DNA of 64,000 nt from Eledone cirrhosa (taxonomy: Eukaryota): positions 322,710,001 to 322,774,000 of the forward strand of contig OZ024743.1 of NCBI GenBank assembly GCA_964016885.1, in the 5' to 3' direction. Each line of letters begins with the position of its first letter. The stretch's first letter is position 1. Below the pieces are notes generated by a model. It worked only from the letters and a program-made list of their open reading frames with translations, made no database searches and had not been told where the DNA came from. The position numbers and the translations under genes are program-made. Below are positions 29,701-39,635 of the stretch, in pieces.

Positions 29701-31699
29701 TACCTCTTATGGGTCTACTGTGGCAGAAACGGCTAAGTCATGGCTGTTTAGGTACTCGGTGTCATAAGTAAGTCTAAGTAGGAGGCTCAGTTCATCTGTG
29801 TTGACGTCGCAGAACTCCACCTCACTCTCACTGATCATCTCAAAACATTTTTCCACAGCAAAATCAATGTTAATGGATGGGTACAGTGATACCACGTCCA
29901 TACTGCCTATTATGCAGTTAGATAGGTTTTTGTTTTTGTTGCACTCATTGATTCTGCTAAGGAGGTCCTCTGTACTGTCACATACATCTGGGGACATCTT
30001 GATTATGGGGCGTATAACCATTGAGAGGAAGTAGGAGATCCTGTAGTTGCTAGCGATATTGACTCGGCATACAGGTCTTGTTGGTGGTCCTGCCGTCAGG
30101 TTGTCGACTGTCTTATGGTCTTTGCGGAGCCCATACAAGGGTGGTATGTCACTGTTAGACGCCTGGAAGTTGTTGGCAGTGCGTCTGCTTAGCTTTAGGA
30201 TGTCGGTCCACATCATCATGTGAGCGTTGAGGATCTTCTCTCTCTCCTTATGTGTTTGTTGTGTAGTTTCGCTCGTGTTGGTGATGTGGGGTTGCATAGC
30301 CTTCATGTAGTTCAGCTTGCTGTCTATCAACATCCTACCAGACTTATCTGTGGGTAGACACACTACCTCACCATCCCTTGTGCGCTGCTTGAGGCTTACT
30401 AAACCTTCTACAGGTTTCCTTCCAAGTTGTTGGACCTCTGGTCTGCTCTGTCTCTTAGTATATCGGTCTACTATTTGTCTAATTTTATTTCTAGCTATGG
30501 TGAACTGTGCCTCGGTCTCGTCATCTATTTGTTGTGGTACACAAACCTCGTAGGATAAATTTTACTCATCTTATATGTTTTGTCAGCTGGGTTGAAGGAT
30601 AGTTTCTCTAAGGGGTTGTCGCTGAGGTTAACTTTGCCTTTCATCCTTACGGGGTCAATAAAATAAAGTACCAGTAATGCACTGGGATAATTGCTGGCCG
30701 TGTGCCAAAAGTAGAAACAATTATATCTATCGTCATAGTTGTGTGTGTTGCTATTATTGTTATTATGGTTGTTGTTGTTCCTACCATTAACATTATTATT
30801 ATTGTTATGATTGTTAGATGTATTGTTGTTGTTTTCTCTATTGTTATTGTTGTTGTTGTTACTGTTATTTCTACCATTGTGGTTGTTACTTTTATTATGT
30901 TTCTTGTTTTTGTTGTTATTGTTGTTGTTGTGGTGGTGGTGGTGGTTGTTTTTGTTGTTGTGTCTATCATTAATGTTGCTACTCGTATTATTTCCATTAT
31001 TACAACTGTGGTTGTTGTTGTTGTTGTGTCTGTCGTTAATGTTTCCAATATTATTATTGTGGTTGTTGTTGTTGTTCTGTCTATTGTTAATATTATTACC
31101 ATTATTATTATTACTATTTCTCTCTCTCCTGCTGTTGTTATTGTTATGAATATTACTATTATAGCTGTTATTTCTATACTCAAAGTTATTGTATATATTA
31201 CTACTTTCATTACTTTTGTTATTTTCCAGCTCAGTTTTACACTCGATTGGATTTATCATTTTGTAGATAGCAAATTTCGGTGGGAGCTGTAGAACCTGTT
31301 GTTCCTGTTCACTGATTAAAGTGTTCCCATAAATATTTATTGTATGGTCTTTGGTAAATTCTGCCAGTAATACTACGTCTGTCATACGGATATTGCTGAT
31401 CTTATCAGGGTATTTTTGTAAATTTTCTTTTCTCTTTTCTTCTTGTTTTTTCTAGGGATAACATGATAATAGTACACTGATGATGTTGCAGATGTGCAAT
31501 GAAAGAATTTTGTTAGACTATATATATGTATTTATATCTGTATTTTTGACCGTTGGTCAGTCAGTGATAAACATTGACGGCCAAATTAATTAACTATGGA
31601 GATATAAAAGATACAGAAGCGAAAACCAACCAAACAGTGAGTGTGTTCTGTTATTATTTCTGGCAATATTATTACAACAATATGACCCTCCCCAAGTAT

Positions 31700-31780
<81 letters not shown>

Positions 31781-33332
31781 CATCATCATCATCATCAACG
31801 TTTAACGTCCGTGTTCCACGCTTGCATGGGTTTGGACGGGGGTAGTCCCACTTGAGGCAAGAGTGATTGTCTTGCTCGCATAGGACTGTCTGGCAGGTTT
31901 TCTACAGTTGGATGCCCTTCCTAACACCAACCACATTTACAGTGTGGGTCTGGGAGGTTTTTACCGTGTTGCCTACACGGCCACATTACAGCGTGGACTG
32001 TGTGTTTTTTTGTCGTGACACCTACACGATCTCATTTGTTTCGGCCTCGATGGCGCGGCACCAACATAACTTTACATAGAACGGGGTGGTGTGGATCGGG
32101 TGGGGGTGGGGGTGGTGGGACGGGGTGTATTTTGTTAGAGATGCCTACTGGCTGGAGTAGGTTTTACTATATATTTAGGTAAGGCGGGTCTTCTCTGTTA
32201 CTGAGTACCGCCAAAGGTCTCGGTCCAGTGACATTGTCTTGGAGAGGTGTAAGTGTGTGATGTCGGAGTTTATCAGCTCGTCCCAGGTTTTTCTAGGTCT
32301 GCCTATTCCGTGACTACCGTCTATCTTTATTGCCCTGCACTTTGTTATACAGCTATCGACTTTCATGCGCATCACGTGTCCATACCAACGTAGCCTTCTC
32401 TCGAGTAAACAACATCTGATCCCTCTTATCTCTAATTTTTTCCTTAGTTCGTTTATGCTTTGCCGTTCACGTATATTACTGTTACACATCCAGCGGAGCA
32501 TGCAAGCTTCGTTCCTCTCTAGTCTGCGTATATCCTCTGCACACAATGCCCAGGTCTCACTGCCATGCAGCATTGCTGTTCGTATGCAGGCATCGTACAA
32601 CCTGCCTTTCATTTTTAGTGAGAACCCTTTAGCAGCTAATAGTGGTATAAGCTCTCTGAACTTTTTCCAACCAGTTCTGACTCTAGCTACAGTACTTTCA
32701 GAGCACCCTCCCCCACTGCTGATTTTATCGCCCAGGTAACGGAAGCTGTCCACTATTTCTATAGAACCCTCTGCGCAATTGAAAGAGCTAGTAGTTTGTG
32801 GGCACTTGCTGCTACTTATTGCACCAGAGCACCGGCCACATGTAAAATCTATGTTCTTAGTTAGCTTACCTGTGATCCCACTACATCTTTTATGCACCCA
32901 TACTTTGCATTTAGGACATAAAATGGAGTTTCTACCTACGCCTTTCCTACACACCGAGCACGACCATTTCCCAGAAGGGACCGCCGCCTTGTTTTCTTTC
33001 CTACAAACTAGTACTTTGGTCTTAGCCAGGTTAATTTTAAGTCCTTTTGACTCTAGGCCGTGCTTCCATGTTTGGAATTTCTTCTCTACTTACATAAATT
33101 TATCAGAATATGTGAATGAAAAATCTCATTCAAAGAAGCAAATACATATAGAACATCTTTAAATCCTCTGAAGAGAAGTCCATTCAATTAAAGATCGTCA
33201 TGTCAATCTAATGAAGGGCTATCCGTTATTCTTTTAGACTTTGAAACTGCAGTCAGGATAAACTTTTTTGTCCCTAGAGAGAGATGCTTCTACACTAATC
33301 TATCCCTCTGATTGTGTATAAGATGTTCTATA

Positions 33333-33394
<62 letters not shown>

Positions 33395-36300
33395 TTGCGA
33401 GGTTAATGTTGAGAGAGAGAGAGAGATTTAAAAGAGTCGAAGTCAGTGTATATATATATATTTAAAAGAATGGTTTGAATGGCACACTGCCTTAGGAAGA
33501 GCATCCAGTTGTAGGAACCAAGCCAAAATCGGTTCTGTATGAGCAAGAGATGGTCACCTAACCTGGCATTGCTCACAACAGGATAACTCGTCTAATCCAT
33601 GCCAGTATGGAAAAATGAACACCATAAGATGATCATATGTATATCTTTATACAAATACACACATACATGACAACGTCCCTAGTGTTGGTAACCTACATGA
33701 TATATTCACATAGTATTCACTATAAAGTGGTTAGCGATAGGAAGAATATCCAACTATAGAAAGGGTTGTGAAGACCCTTCAGTTGTGTCAAAGACGTGAT
33801 AACCCTTCTTGTACTGGTGCCACAATAAAATGCAATCAATAGAACATGAGACCATATGTAAGCAAGATGCAGTACTGACTCAGTCTGTGAAGACCCATCC
33901 AACCTTTGCTAGCAGGGAAAGTAGATGTTGAAGGATGATGATGATGGTGGTAGTGATTGTTGTTGTTGTTGTGGTAGTGGTGGTGGCAATGGTGATGTAG
34001 GTGTCCATAGTCATCAGGATACGGTATCTGCAAATAATACTAAAGGTTTCAAACCATGTATAACAGGGTCTAGTAATTATATTTCAAGGAAGTTTAAGCC
34101 TTTTGATAGCAAGCCACCTGAAACAGCCCTTTCTTCTGTGTTACTGGTTCTATGATACGAAGCTGTTTATTTTAAAGTGTTTATATTTTACCAGCAAACA
34201 TCCACCATCATTTTATGTAAGAACCTTTGTTATGTTCCAAACACGAGCTTAATAATTAGAAAGTTTGTCATATTCTCTAAATCCTACAGATTCTTGATTA
34301 ATTTTTAAATGATTTGAAAATCCTAAGCAATGTCTTTCATTATAAATATGGCAATGAAAGGATAAATAAATAAATGAGATGTATGTACTGACCCTTGTTC
34401 TGTAAGGTAGTGGAGGATGAGAATAAGAAGATTCTTCCGTCTTTGAGTTGTTTGGATTTCTTCCTGCAAATAAAAGAGAATTCTAATGGAATTTCTCGAA
34501 AAACATTGATACATTTACAGCTTGTTATCCTACTTTCCCACACCATTCCTCCATGGAACATTGTTATCACTATCAAACTACCCCACACCATTCCTCCATG
34601 GAATAGTTATCAATATACCACTCCCCCACATCATTCCTCATCATCCTCATCATCGTTTTAACATCCACTTTCCCTGCTAGCAAGGGTTGGAGGAGTCTGC
34701 ATAGACCAAGTCAGTACTGAAGTTACTGACCACCTAGATGGGTTCAGGGGTCTGTATCTCACTTATGTATGGTCTTACATTCTATTGAGTGCACAAGGGA
34801 GGTTGTCATGTCTTTGACATAACTGAAGGGTCCTCTCAACCCTTTCTTTGGCAAGCTTTTTTTATGGCTGGATGCCCTTTTTAACACCAACCATTTTACT
34901 GGATGTTTCAATTGTGTAGATCACCAAGACTAGGGAAACTGTTGTGTTCTTGACACAACAGAAGGGTCCTCTCAACCCTTTGTTTAGCAAGCTTTCTACA
35001 ACTGGATGCCCTTCCTATCAACCACTTTACAGTGTGTACTGGGTATGTTTATCATGTAGATTACCAACACTAGGAGGCTATCATGTCTTTGACACAACTG
35101 AAGAGTCTTCCTCCCGTCCTTCCCCCCTTTTTATAGACATGGTTTCTACAGCAGGGTGCCAGGTTTGTCCTTATCCTAATGGGAGAACCTTCTCTGCTCT
35201 ATGGGGAAGGAATGATAGGACAGGGAGGAGCATCCTCTGTGGAATACTGGTGTGATCAATATCTCCCTTCACCACATCATTCCTCTGTGGGATCAATGAA
35301 TAAGGTTTTACATTGTTACTCATCTAGTAGAAATAGAAGCCGAACCTTCCTCAAAGTAGACTCTACAGTCATTTTAAAAATGACATACTGCATAATATAG
35401 TCTTAGATTCACTGTGTTTAGAAAAGGACAAAAGATGATCAAATCTAGAACATCTTTGGATATATACTCAGAGCAGTGGATTGGCAGAATCATTAGAGCA
35501 TCAGAGAAATATTTAGAAGTATTTCTTCTGGCTCTTTTTGTTTTGAGTTCTGAGTTCAAATCCAGCCAAGTTCAATGTTGCCGTTCTTACTTCCAGGGTC
35601 AATAAAATAAAATAGCAGTCAAATATCAAGGGTCAATTTAAGTGACATTCCCTCCCTCCCCAAAACGTATTGAGCTTGTGTCTAAAGTGAAAATCATTAT
35701 ATGTCTGCTGAATGAAGAATGACCTGGGGCTAAAGAATACAACAGCAACTAGTGGGACACTACATTTCAAAATGGTAGACTGAAATCATTATATGTCTGC
35801 TGGTAATCTGAGATAGATCTCCTCAAGATGAAGTAGTACTTATGTCAAAGTCCTCTCGGGTCGCAAATAATGCCCCCCACCCCACCCTGCTTATTAATTT
35901 TTCAGACCTGCCACCCCTACTCCACCCACGCTCTTTTTCCACCACCCCCTTATTAAATTTTGCTAATCAATCTCCGTCAAAATTTTATTTAAAGTGGGAG
36001 TATTACTGTGACAACTAATTTTCTCTATACATTAAAAAACATTATACATGGCAAAAAAGTAGATTACTAGAAATCCCATACATTATAAAGTAGATAGGAT
36101 GAGTTGGAGTGTCAATATGTAAACTAACCAACTAATTCTGTTTTTTTTTAATCAATGGAGACAACCTAGAACCCCTGCCCCCACTTATTATTCCAACCCT
36201 CACTATTATTTAGGACCCAAGTGTACTTAGAGCTACACTATCAGCAACACTGCCACTGCTTCCACCATCACTACCAAAAACCACCACCACAATAACCACC

Positions 36301-38712
36301 ATCACCCCCACAACCACCACAACTACCACAACCACCACAATAAACACCATCAGCACTGTCTTTATGTATTTTATGATATATTTTCACCCAGAGAAAAACT
36401 AGGTTTAAGAGGAATCAGAAGTTGTGTGCCGAAGAGGAGACTGCATTGGTATGGACATGTAATGTACATGAATGATGATTCCTGGGTGAAGAAGTGCCAA
36501 GAAATCTCAGTAGGAGGAAGCCTCTGTAGAGGTAGTAGACCAAGGAACATCTGGGTAGAGATGGTGAGAGCTGATCTCAAATTGCTGAGTCTCATAGAAG
36601 AGATGATGAAGGAACGCGACAAGTGAAGAGATTCTATACTGAAAAGGACCTGTCCAACCCATGCATGCGTAGAACAACAGATGTAAAATCAAGGATGATG
36701 TAAGAACTGTTCTGATTTATGGATATTTCCTTATTTACTGATGTCTTGCATCTACTGTACTCTGAATGCCTTGCTTCCCTGGGCATGGATACATTAAAGC
36801 TACAATGCCTGGCCAAATGAATACCCTCCATCAGGCATCTACCATACTTTTGAACACCTAGCTTCCCTGAACATGGATACATTGAAACTTCGACGTCTGG
36901 CAAATGACTTGGCAGAGACCTACAAGATTATCGACCAGCATACCAACAACAAACCTGGGCACCTTTTTGAATTCCATGTGTCAAATACCTGTGGACATGC
37001 TTACAAAATCAGAAAACAGCACAGCTCCCATAACTTTCAGAAATAATTTTTCATACTCAGCATTGGAGCATGGAACAAACTACCTGCATCAATTATTACC
37101 TGTCGGGACATTGCATTCTTCAAAACTTCAATGCTTCCCGAAATTCGCCAACACTATACCTGATATTCCCCCTCCATATACACGCACACGTATGTGTGTG
37201 TGCATGTGTGCGGTGTGTGTATGTGTGTGTGTGTATATATATCATGACAGGGTTGGACGCCATGCTTTACTGCATGGAGTTACGGCCCTTTACGGTCTGA
37301 GTTCAAATCCCACCGAGGTTAACTTTGGCTTTCATCCTTACGGGGTCGATAAAATAAAGCACCAGTAATGCACTGGGATAATTGCTGGGCTTGTGCCAAA
37401 AGTAGAAACAATTATTCTATGTACTATACATGCACTTTTGGCTACATTTTCTGATGAGTTGTAGTGCACCTGAGCACTGTACACAATAATTTTCATTATA
37501 AAATGTTTTAGTCTTCATTGTCCCAATAAAACTTTCAGTTAAAATTTATCCAAGAGAGCCAACAAAAGTGATCACCATAGGTTTAACCCTTTAGCATTTA
37601 GCTATCCAGCCAAAATTCTCTCACCTCTTTCTGTTCAAATTGGCTGTAACTAGCCACTCATAGTGATGTTAAGGTATTGTTATCAAAATAAATAATATCA
37701 AAATCTCATAGATTCGATATTATGCGAGATAAAGCCTTTACCATGAAAATACAATAGTAAATATAGAGTAATGTAAAAGCTAAAGGGTTAAGTGCAAAAG
37801 TCTTAGGTATCCAAATGGTCAAAAGGTGTTATAATATTAGAAGGGCACCCAGAAGTCGACTTGGCTGCTGCAACCTCTTAGAGTTAAAGTCTGAAACATA
37901 TATGGGTAGGTTGGAGGAGAAAATGTAGCTTCTTCTGCCCAGCTCTCCCGAGAGTTTCTTTATTACTATTGTTTCTCTTCACGAATTTAAAATATGATAT
38001 TACCTGTTATATATGTGTATGTGTGTGTTTCTAAGAGTGTACATGCGAGCGCGTTATGGATTTGTTGTTACGGGTCAGTAATTTCCGAGCAAACCTATGA
38101 TCAAAAATATTTGGCTGTGACCGCCCGCGATTGTTGCTGTTGTTTTGTTGTGAAATCTGGTTTGATGGAGACTTGGCTGCTATTTTTAACCGGTCGAACA
38201 ACCCCATAGCGGCACCGTTCTGTGTGTTTGTATGTACAAATATGAAATAATACATGCATATTGGGAATGTTTCGTTTTAGGTAAATAAAATAACAGATAA
38301 GAAATTGAAAGTCAATTAAAGTGAAAAGATAAAAGCCGATAACAAAATGAAACTGAATGAAACATACAAGTCTTTTGGCACTCTTAGGCAAGATTATTTC
38401 TTTCTTGAAACTCATTTCTGTTTTGTTCGTCGTCTGATTTAGTGATCTGTAGTGAAGCAGTAAGTCGATTTCGAAAAAAAAAAACCCCCCAAATTATTCG
38501 GATTTTTTCTTTTTTTCACAAATCTTTCATTTTATCGATTTGTAACGGAAAATCAGGCACATTTCATTCTCTTTCAGTTTCATTTATTTTCATTTTATTG
38601 TCTGCTATTTCTATACATACACAGAGGGACAAAATCTTATATAATGAAAGTTTACCGCTTCTCTGGCTTTATGTGCACAACGTAATCCTTCATAACTTAA
38701 TCCAGATGACAT
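1503..38712 (-). CDS. KATNAL2: KATNAL2, 5' part (9 coding exons, 284 codons; continues beyond the left edge)
   Basis: Nine GT-AG exons chain in phase without stops: [55 protein letters not shown]...[27 protein letters not shown]...[59 protein letters not shown]. This matches the LisH N-terminus and pre-AAA region of KATNAL2 as I recall it. Confidence 0.95.
1971..4320 (+). mobile_element. L1/Tx1-clade LINE, 5'-truncated (RT + C-terminal CCHC), with stops and frameshifts
   Basis: [61 protein letters not shown]; 3' end gtggctaataaagaaa. Confidence 0.9.
4458..4642 (-). mobile_element. Short fold-back element (PLE pLTR-like) in (TA)n; perfect 51-bp-arm hairpin
   Basis: 4537-4587 is the exact reverse complement of 4592-4642; one-sided tail with aaagtactcaa; TA repeats on both sides; sister copy at 8307-8505. 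Confidence 0.75.
4925..6620 (+). mobile_element. RTE-clade LINE fragment (RT to 3' end) with duplicated tail
   Basis: [47 protein letters not shown]; tail cccttgcaagcagggaaaagc..acgtaaaa(tga)n occurs twice. Confidence 0.9.
6622..6723. repeat. (GT)n microsatellite
   Basis: Direct read. Confidence 0.95.
6755..7820 (+). mobile_element. Decayed LINE APE-endonuclease region (RTE-like), interrupted by a MITE
   Basis: [38 protein letters not shown]-type motifs with stops. Confidence 0.7.
6960..7202. mobile_element. TTAA-flanked MITE (piggyBac-like ends)
   Basis: ttaaccctttagcatt...taaaggattaa; same ends as 37583-37791. Confidence 0.65.
8307..8505 (+). mobile_element. Short fold-back element (PLE pLTR-like) in (TA)n; perfect 58-bp-arm hairpin
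   Basis: 8307-8364 is the reverse complement of 8368-8425; tail ttgagtactttggtgcgttatggtccacc; same family as 4458-4642, opposite orientation. Confidence 0.75.
8530..10770 (-). mobile_element. RTE-clade LINE, 5'-truncated and decayed
   Basis: ORFs 9615-10337, 10421-10729 and 9067-9264 with RTE RT motifs; (GAT)n tail. Confidence 0.9.
10900..10999 (+). ncRNA. Decayed hammerhead ribozyme with long stem II in a pLTR-like fragment
   Basis: CTGATGA(10912)-gcagat...atctgt-GAAA-cg-GTC; stems I and III imperfect. Confidence 0.45.
11487..11862 (+). mobile_element. tRNA-derived SINE with CORE-like body and RTE-type 3' tail
   Basis: A-box tggcttagtgg, B-box gagttcaattc, ccttgagcaaaacactt core, tail shared with RTE copies. 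Other copies at 11034-11292(+), 11325-11470(-), 25180-25497(-) and 43980-44326(-). Confidence 0.85.
11953..12600 (+). repeat. Dispersed element carrying a degenerate pentamer array (ATCAG/ACCAG/ATTGG/ATCAA)
   Basis: 5-nt periodic array 11953-12440; flank tagatttcatttgtgtctgtttataaaaa is the exact reverse complement of 26711-26739. Confidence 0.8.
12610..13587 (-). mobile_element. Non-autonomous Helitron
   Basis: Minus strand starts TCTATATATATAAAAC and ends ...ccgagaaacgccgggccattctgCTAG (subterminal hairpin + CTAG); internal duplications; ends resemble 55782-56616. Confidence 0.8.
13813..13893 (-). CDS. KATNAL2: KATNAL2 coding exon 8 (81 nt)
   Basis: ttgcag|CAA...CGG|gtaagt; [27 protein letters not shown]. 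Confidence 0.92.
14380..14690 (-). mobile_element. Penelope-like C-terminal fragment with the GIY-YIG core deleted
   Basis: [35 protein letters not shown] joined to [20 protein letters not shown]. Confidence 0.7.
14837..14908 (-). CDS. KATNAL2: KATNAL2 coding exon 7 (72 nt)
   Basis: ataag|ATT...CCT|gtaagt; [24 protein letters not shown] (IIDF motif recalled from orthologues). Confidence 0.8.
16119..16244 (-). CDS. KATNAL2: KATNAL2 coding exon 6 (126 nt, variable linker)
   Basis: taaag|CCC...CAA|gtgagt, phase 0-0; [42 protein letters not shown]; the acceptor is less certain. Confidence 0.65.
16911..17090. repeat. 30-bp tandem repeat, about 6 copies
   Basis: atttca recurs every 30 nt (unit tgataatgtcatttcagtacatatatcatg). 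Confidence 0.85.
17189..17330 (-). CDS. KATNAL2: KATNAL2 coding exon 5 (142 nt)
   Basis: tttctag|T GCT...CAA|gtaaga, phase 2-0; [47 protein letters not shown]. Confidence 0.78.
18335..23430. repeat. About 5 kb minisatellite, 42-bp unit with 33-bp variants, in KATNAL2 intron 4
   Basis: Unit caccatctcctccactgccaccaccatcactatcatcactat, roughly 115-120 copies. Confidence 0.97.
23690..24135. repeat. 18-bp tandem repeat (gtaacaacaacagctacW), about 24 copies
   Basis: Direct read; two variants (aca/act). Confidence 0.95.
24211..24247 (-). CDS. KATNAL2: KATNAL2 coding exon 4 (37 nt)
   Basis: taacag|CT GCT GAA...CGA AG|gtataa; phase 1-2 exactly bridges exons 3 and 5. Confidence 0.7.
24285..24690 (-). 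mobile_element. L1/Tx1 3'-end fragment
   Basis: Minus strand [19 protein letters not shown] resembles the 3970-4030 region; ends cttgtggttaataaagaaa. Confidence 0.75.
24938..25036. repeat. Compound (GGT)n(GGA)n(GAA)n microsatellite
   Basis: Direct read. Confidence 0.9.
26141..26307 (-). CDS. KATNAL2: KATNAL2 coding exon 3 (167 nt)
   Basis: cctcag|C TAT...AGT G|gttaag; [55 protein letters not shown]. Confidence 0.93.
26700..27290 (-). repeat. Second, inverted copy of the pentamer-array element
   Basis: (CTGAT/CCAAT/CTGGT)n array 26855-27290 plus a flank shared with 12553-12598. Confidence 0.8.
27986..28042 (-). ncRNA. Minimal type I hammerhead ribozyme in the pLTR
   Basis: atagtagtacca-CTGATGA-t-gttg[caggtgtc]caac-GAAA-gaac-TT-tgttagactat. 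Confidence 0.65.
31469..31521 (+). ncRNA. Hammerhead ribozyme in the inverted pLTR copy
   Basis: atagtaca-CTGATGA-t-gttgca[gatg]tgcaat-GAAA-gaattt-tgt..actat. Confidence 0.6.
31777..33088 (-). mobile_element. RTE-clade LINE 3' fragment
   Basis: ORF 32175-32954 (C..C..WVHKRC zinc-finger-like, [26 protein letters not shown]) plus 3' UTR and (GAT)n. Confidence 0.9.
33163..33259 (+). ncRNA. Type I hammerhead ribozyme, intact core, long stem II loop
   Basis: atcct-CTGAAGA-gaagtc...gacttt-GAAA-ctgca-GTC-aggat; stem I atcct/aggat; palindromic stem III ACTGCAGT; predicted cut after 33254. Confidence 0.8.
34393..34463 (-). CDS. KATNAL2: KATNAL2 coding exon 2 (71 nt, LisH start)
   Basis: ttgcag|GAA...CAA GG|gtcagt; [24 protein letters not shown]. 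Confidence 0.93.
35849..36226. mobile_element. MITE-like element with imperfect terminal inverted repeats
   Basis: ctcgggtcgcaaataat versus attatttaggacccaag. Confidence 0.45.
36390..36700 (+). mobile_element. RTE 3' fragment
   Basis: [17 protein letters not shown]; RTE tail. Another decayed piece at about 40100-40500(-). Confidence 0.75.
36740..37170 (+). mobile_element. CR1-like LINE 3' fragment
   Basis: [41 protein letters not shown]; a short internal duplication. Confidence 0.65.
37583..37791. mobile_element. TTAA-flanked MITE (piggyBac-like ends)
   Basis: TTAA-ccctttagc...gctaaaggg-TTAA. Confidence 0.75.
38656..38712 (-). CDS. KATNAL2: KATNAL2 coding exon 1 (57 nt, start codon)
   Basis: ATG TCA TCT GGA...GAA GCG|gtaaac; [19 protein letters not shown] resembles the recalled vertebrate MELSYQTLKFTHQAREA. 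Confidence 0.9.
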
Positions 38713-38819
38713 ATTGACATATTTTAGATGATTATAGCCAAAGACAATATCAAAGTTTATTGTCAAAATATCGTATCAAAGACGAAAACACGGACACGTA
38801 TCGTTTAGAATGTTATGGT

Positions 38820-38910
38820 GCAGGTGTGTCGCTTAGACAAACAACATCCACGCTACCAGCCATCAACCATTGATTACACGTTACTAAGGCATGCTCAAAC
38901 CAATGAGTTA
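38820..38910. promoter_or_regulatory. Probable KATNAL2 promoter with RFX X-box-like and CCAAT motifs
   Basis: GTCGCTTAGACAAAC (38828-38842), GTTACTAAGGCA (38880-38891) and CCAAT (38900-38904), about 115-190 nt upstream of the ATG in non-repetitive sequence. Confidence 0.5.
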
Positions 38911-39099
38911 GCTCCCTTGAAAACAAAAAGAAAGTTACTTCCCTTAATTGTGTGAATCTTCTAATTAAGTAGTAAGGTTGCTTTGGTTTTAAAATTTGTT
39001 TCTATCTCGATAAGCTTCACTTGCGAACATTTCATCTCAAAAATTGATTAATAATTTGCCAGAGTATATGAGTGTGTGTCTGCGCACTTGTGTGTATTA

Positions 39100-39635
39100 A
39101 TTGTTTATTCTCAATACATGTGTTTCGCTCACAAAGTTGGTTTAAAAGCATAAATATGAAAAAGAAATATAGAATCAAAACGAAAAAAAAAAATATTAAG
39201 TATATCAATAAGTCACTAATCACTAAGTATATCAACAAGTCACTAATCACAAGGTATCCTGGAGCCTCCCTCAATTACTTTTGAAGCAAGCCAACACACT
39301 GGGGGCGTTACTGCGGGTGATAGCGAGGCTAAAGTGCTGGAACAACACAGTACCATCACGGGTATCACCTGACACCTGGGTAAGGCCAGGTGATAGCGAG
39401 GCTTAGGTGCTGGAACAACCAAGCCCTCTCACAGGTATCACCTGGCACCTAGGTAAGGCCGGGTGTTAGCGAGGCTAAGGTGTTGGAATAATCAAACACC
39501 TTCACGGGCATCATTTGATACCTCGGTAAGGCGAGCCGTCACAATAACGAGGACTTCGTTGTCAGCAGCCAAGCTCTTCCAAATGTCTGGAATGTCACAA
39601 GCTAGGAAAAATAGTTTACCGATAATTTCTGGCAT
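39100..39635 (-). mobile_element. CRE-like LINE 3' remnant with a 3x ~72-bp internal tandem repeat
   Basis: Homologous to 62270-62540 and 62720-62935; repeats start near 39316, 39389 and 39461. Confidence 0.6.

Larger units (their letters stand above)
27755..31707 (-). mobile_element. Penelope-like element (RT + GIY-YIG, frameshifted) with inverted pseudo-LTRs
   Basis: [45 protein letters not shown]; [33 protein letters not shown]; 27799-28050 inverted at 31457-31707; (TA)n on both sides; SINE insert at 30620-30722. Confidence 0.92.

Noticed and set aside
35320-35372. MTVESTLRK... as the KATNAL2 first exon
   Set aside because: No similarity to the expected N-terminus and no good phase-0 donor; 38656-38712 fits far better.
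37451-37480. CTGATGA as a hammerhead core
   Set aside because: No GAAA or stem III follows; it looks like a LINE 3' tail (reverse copy near 42630-42700).
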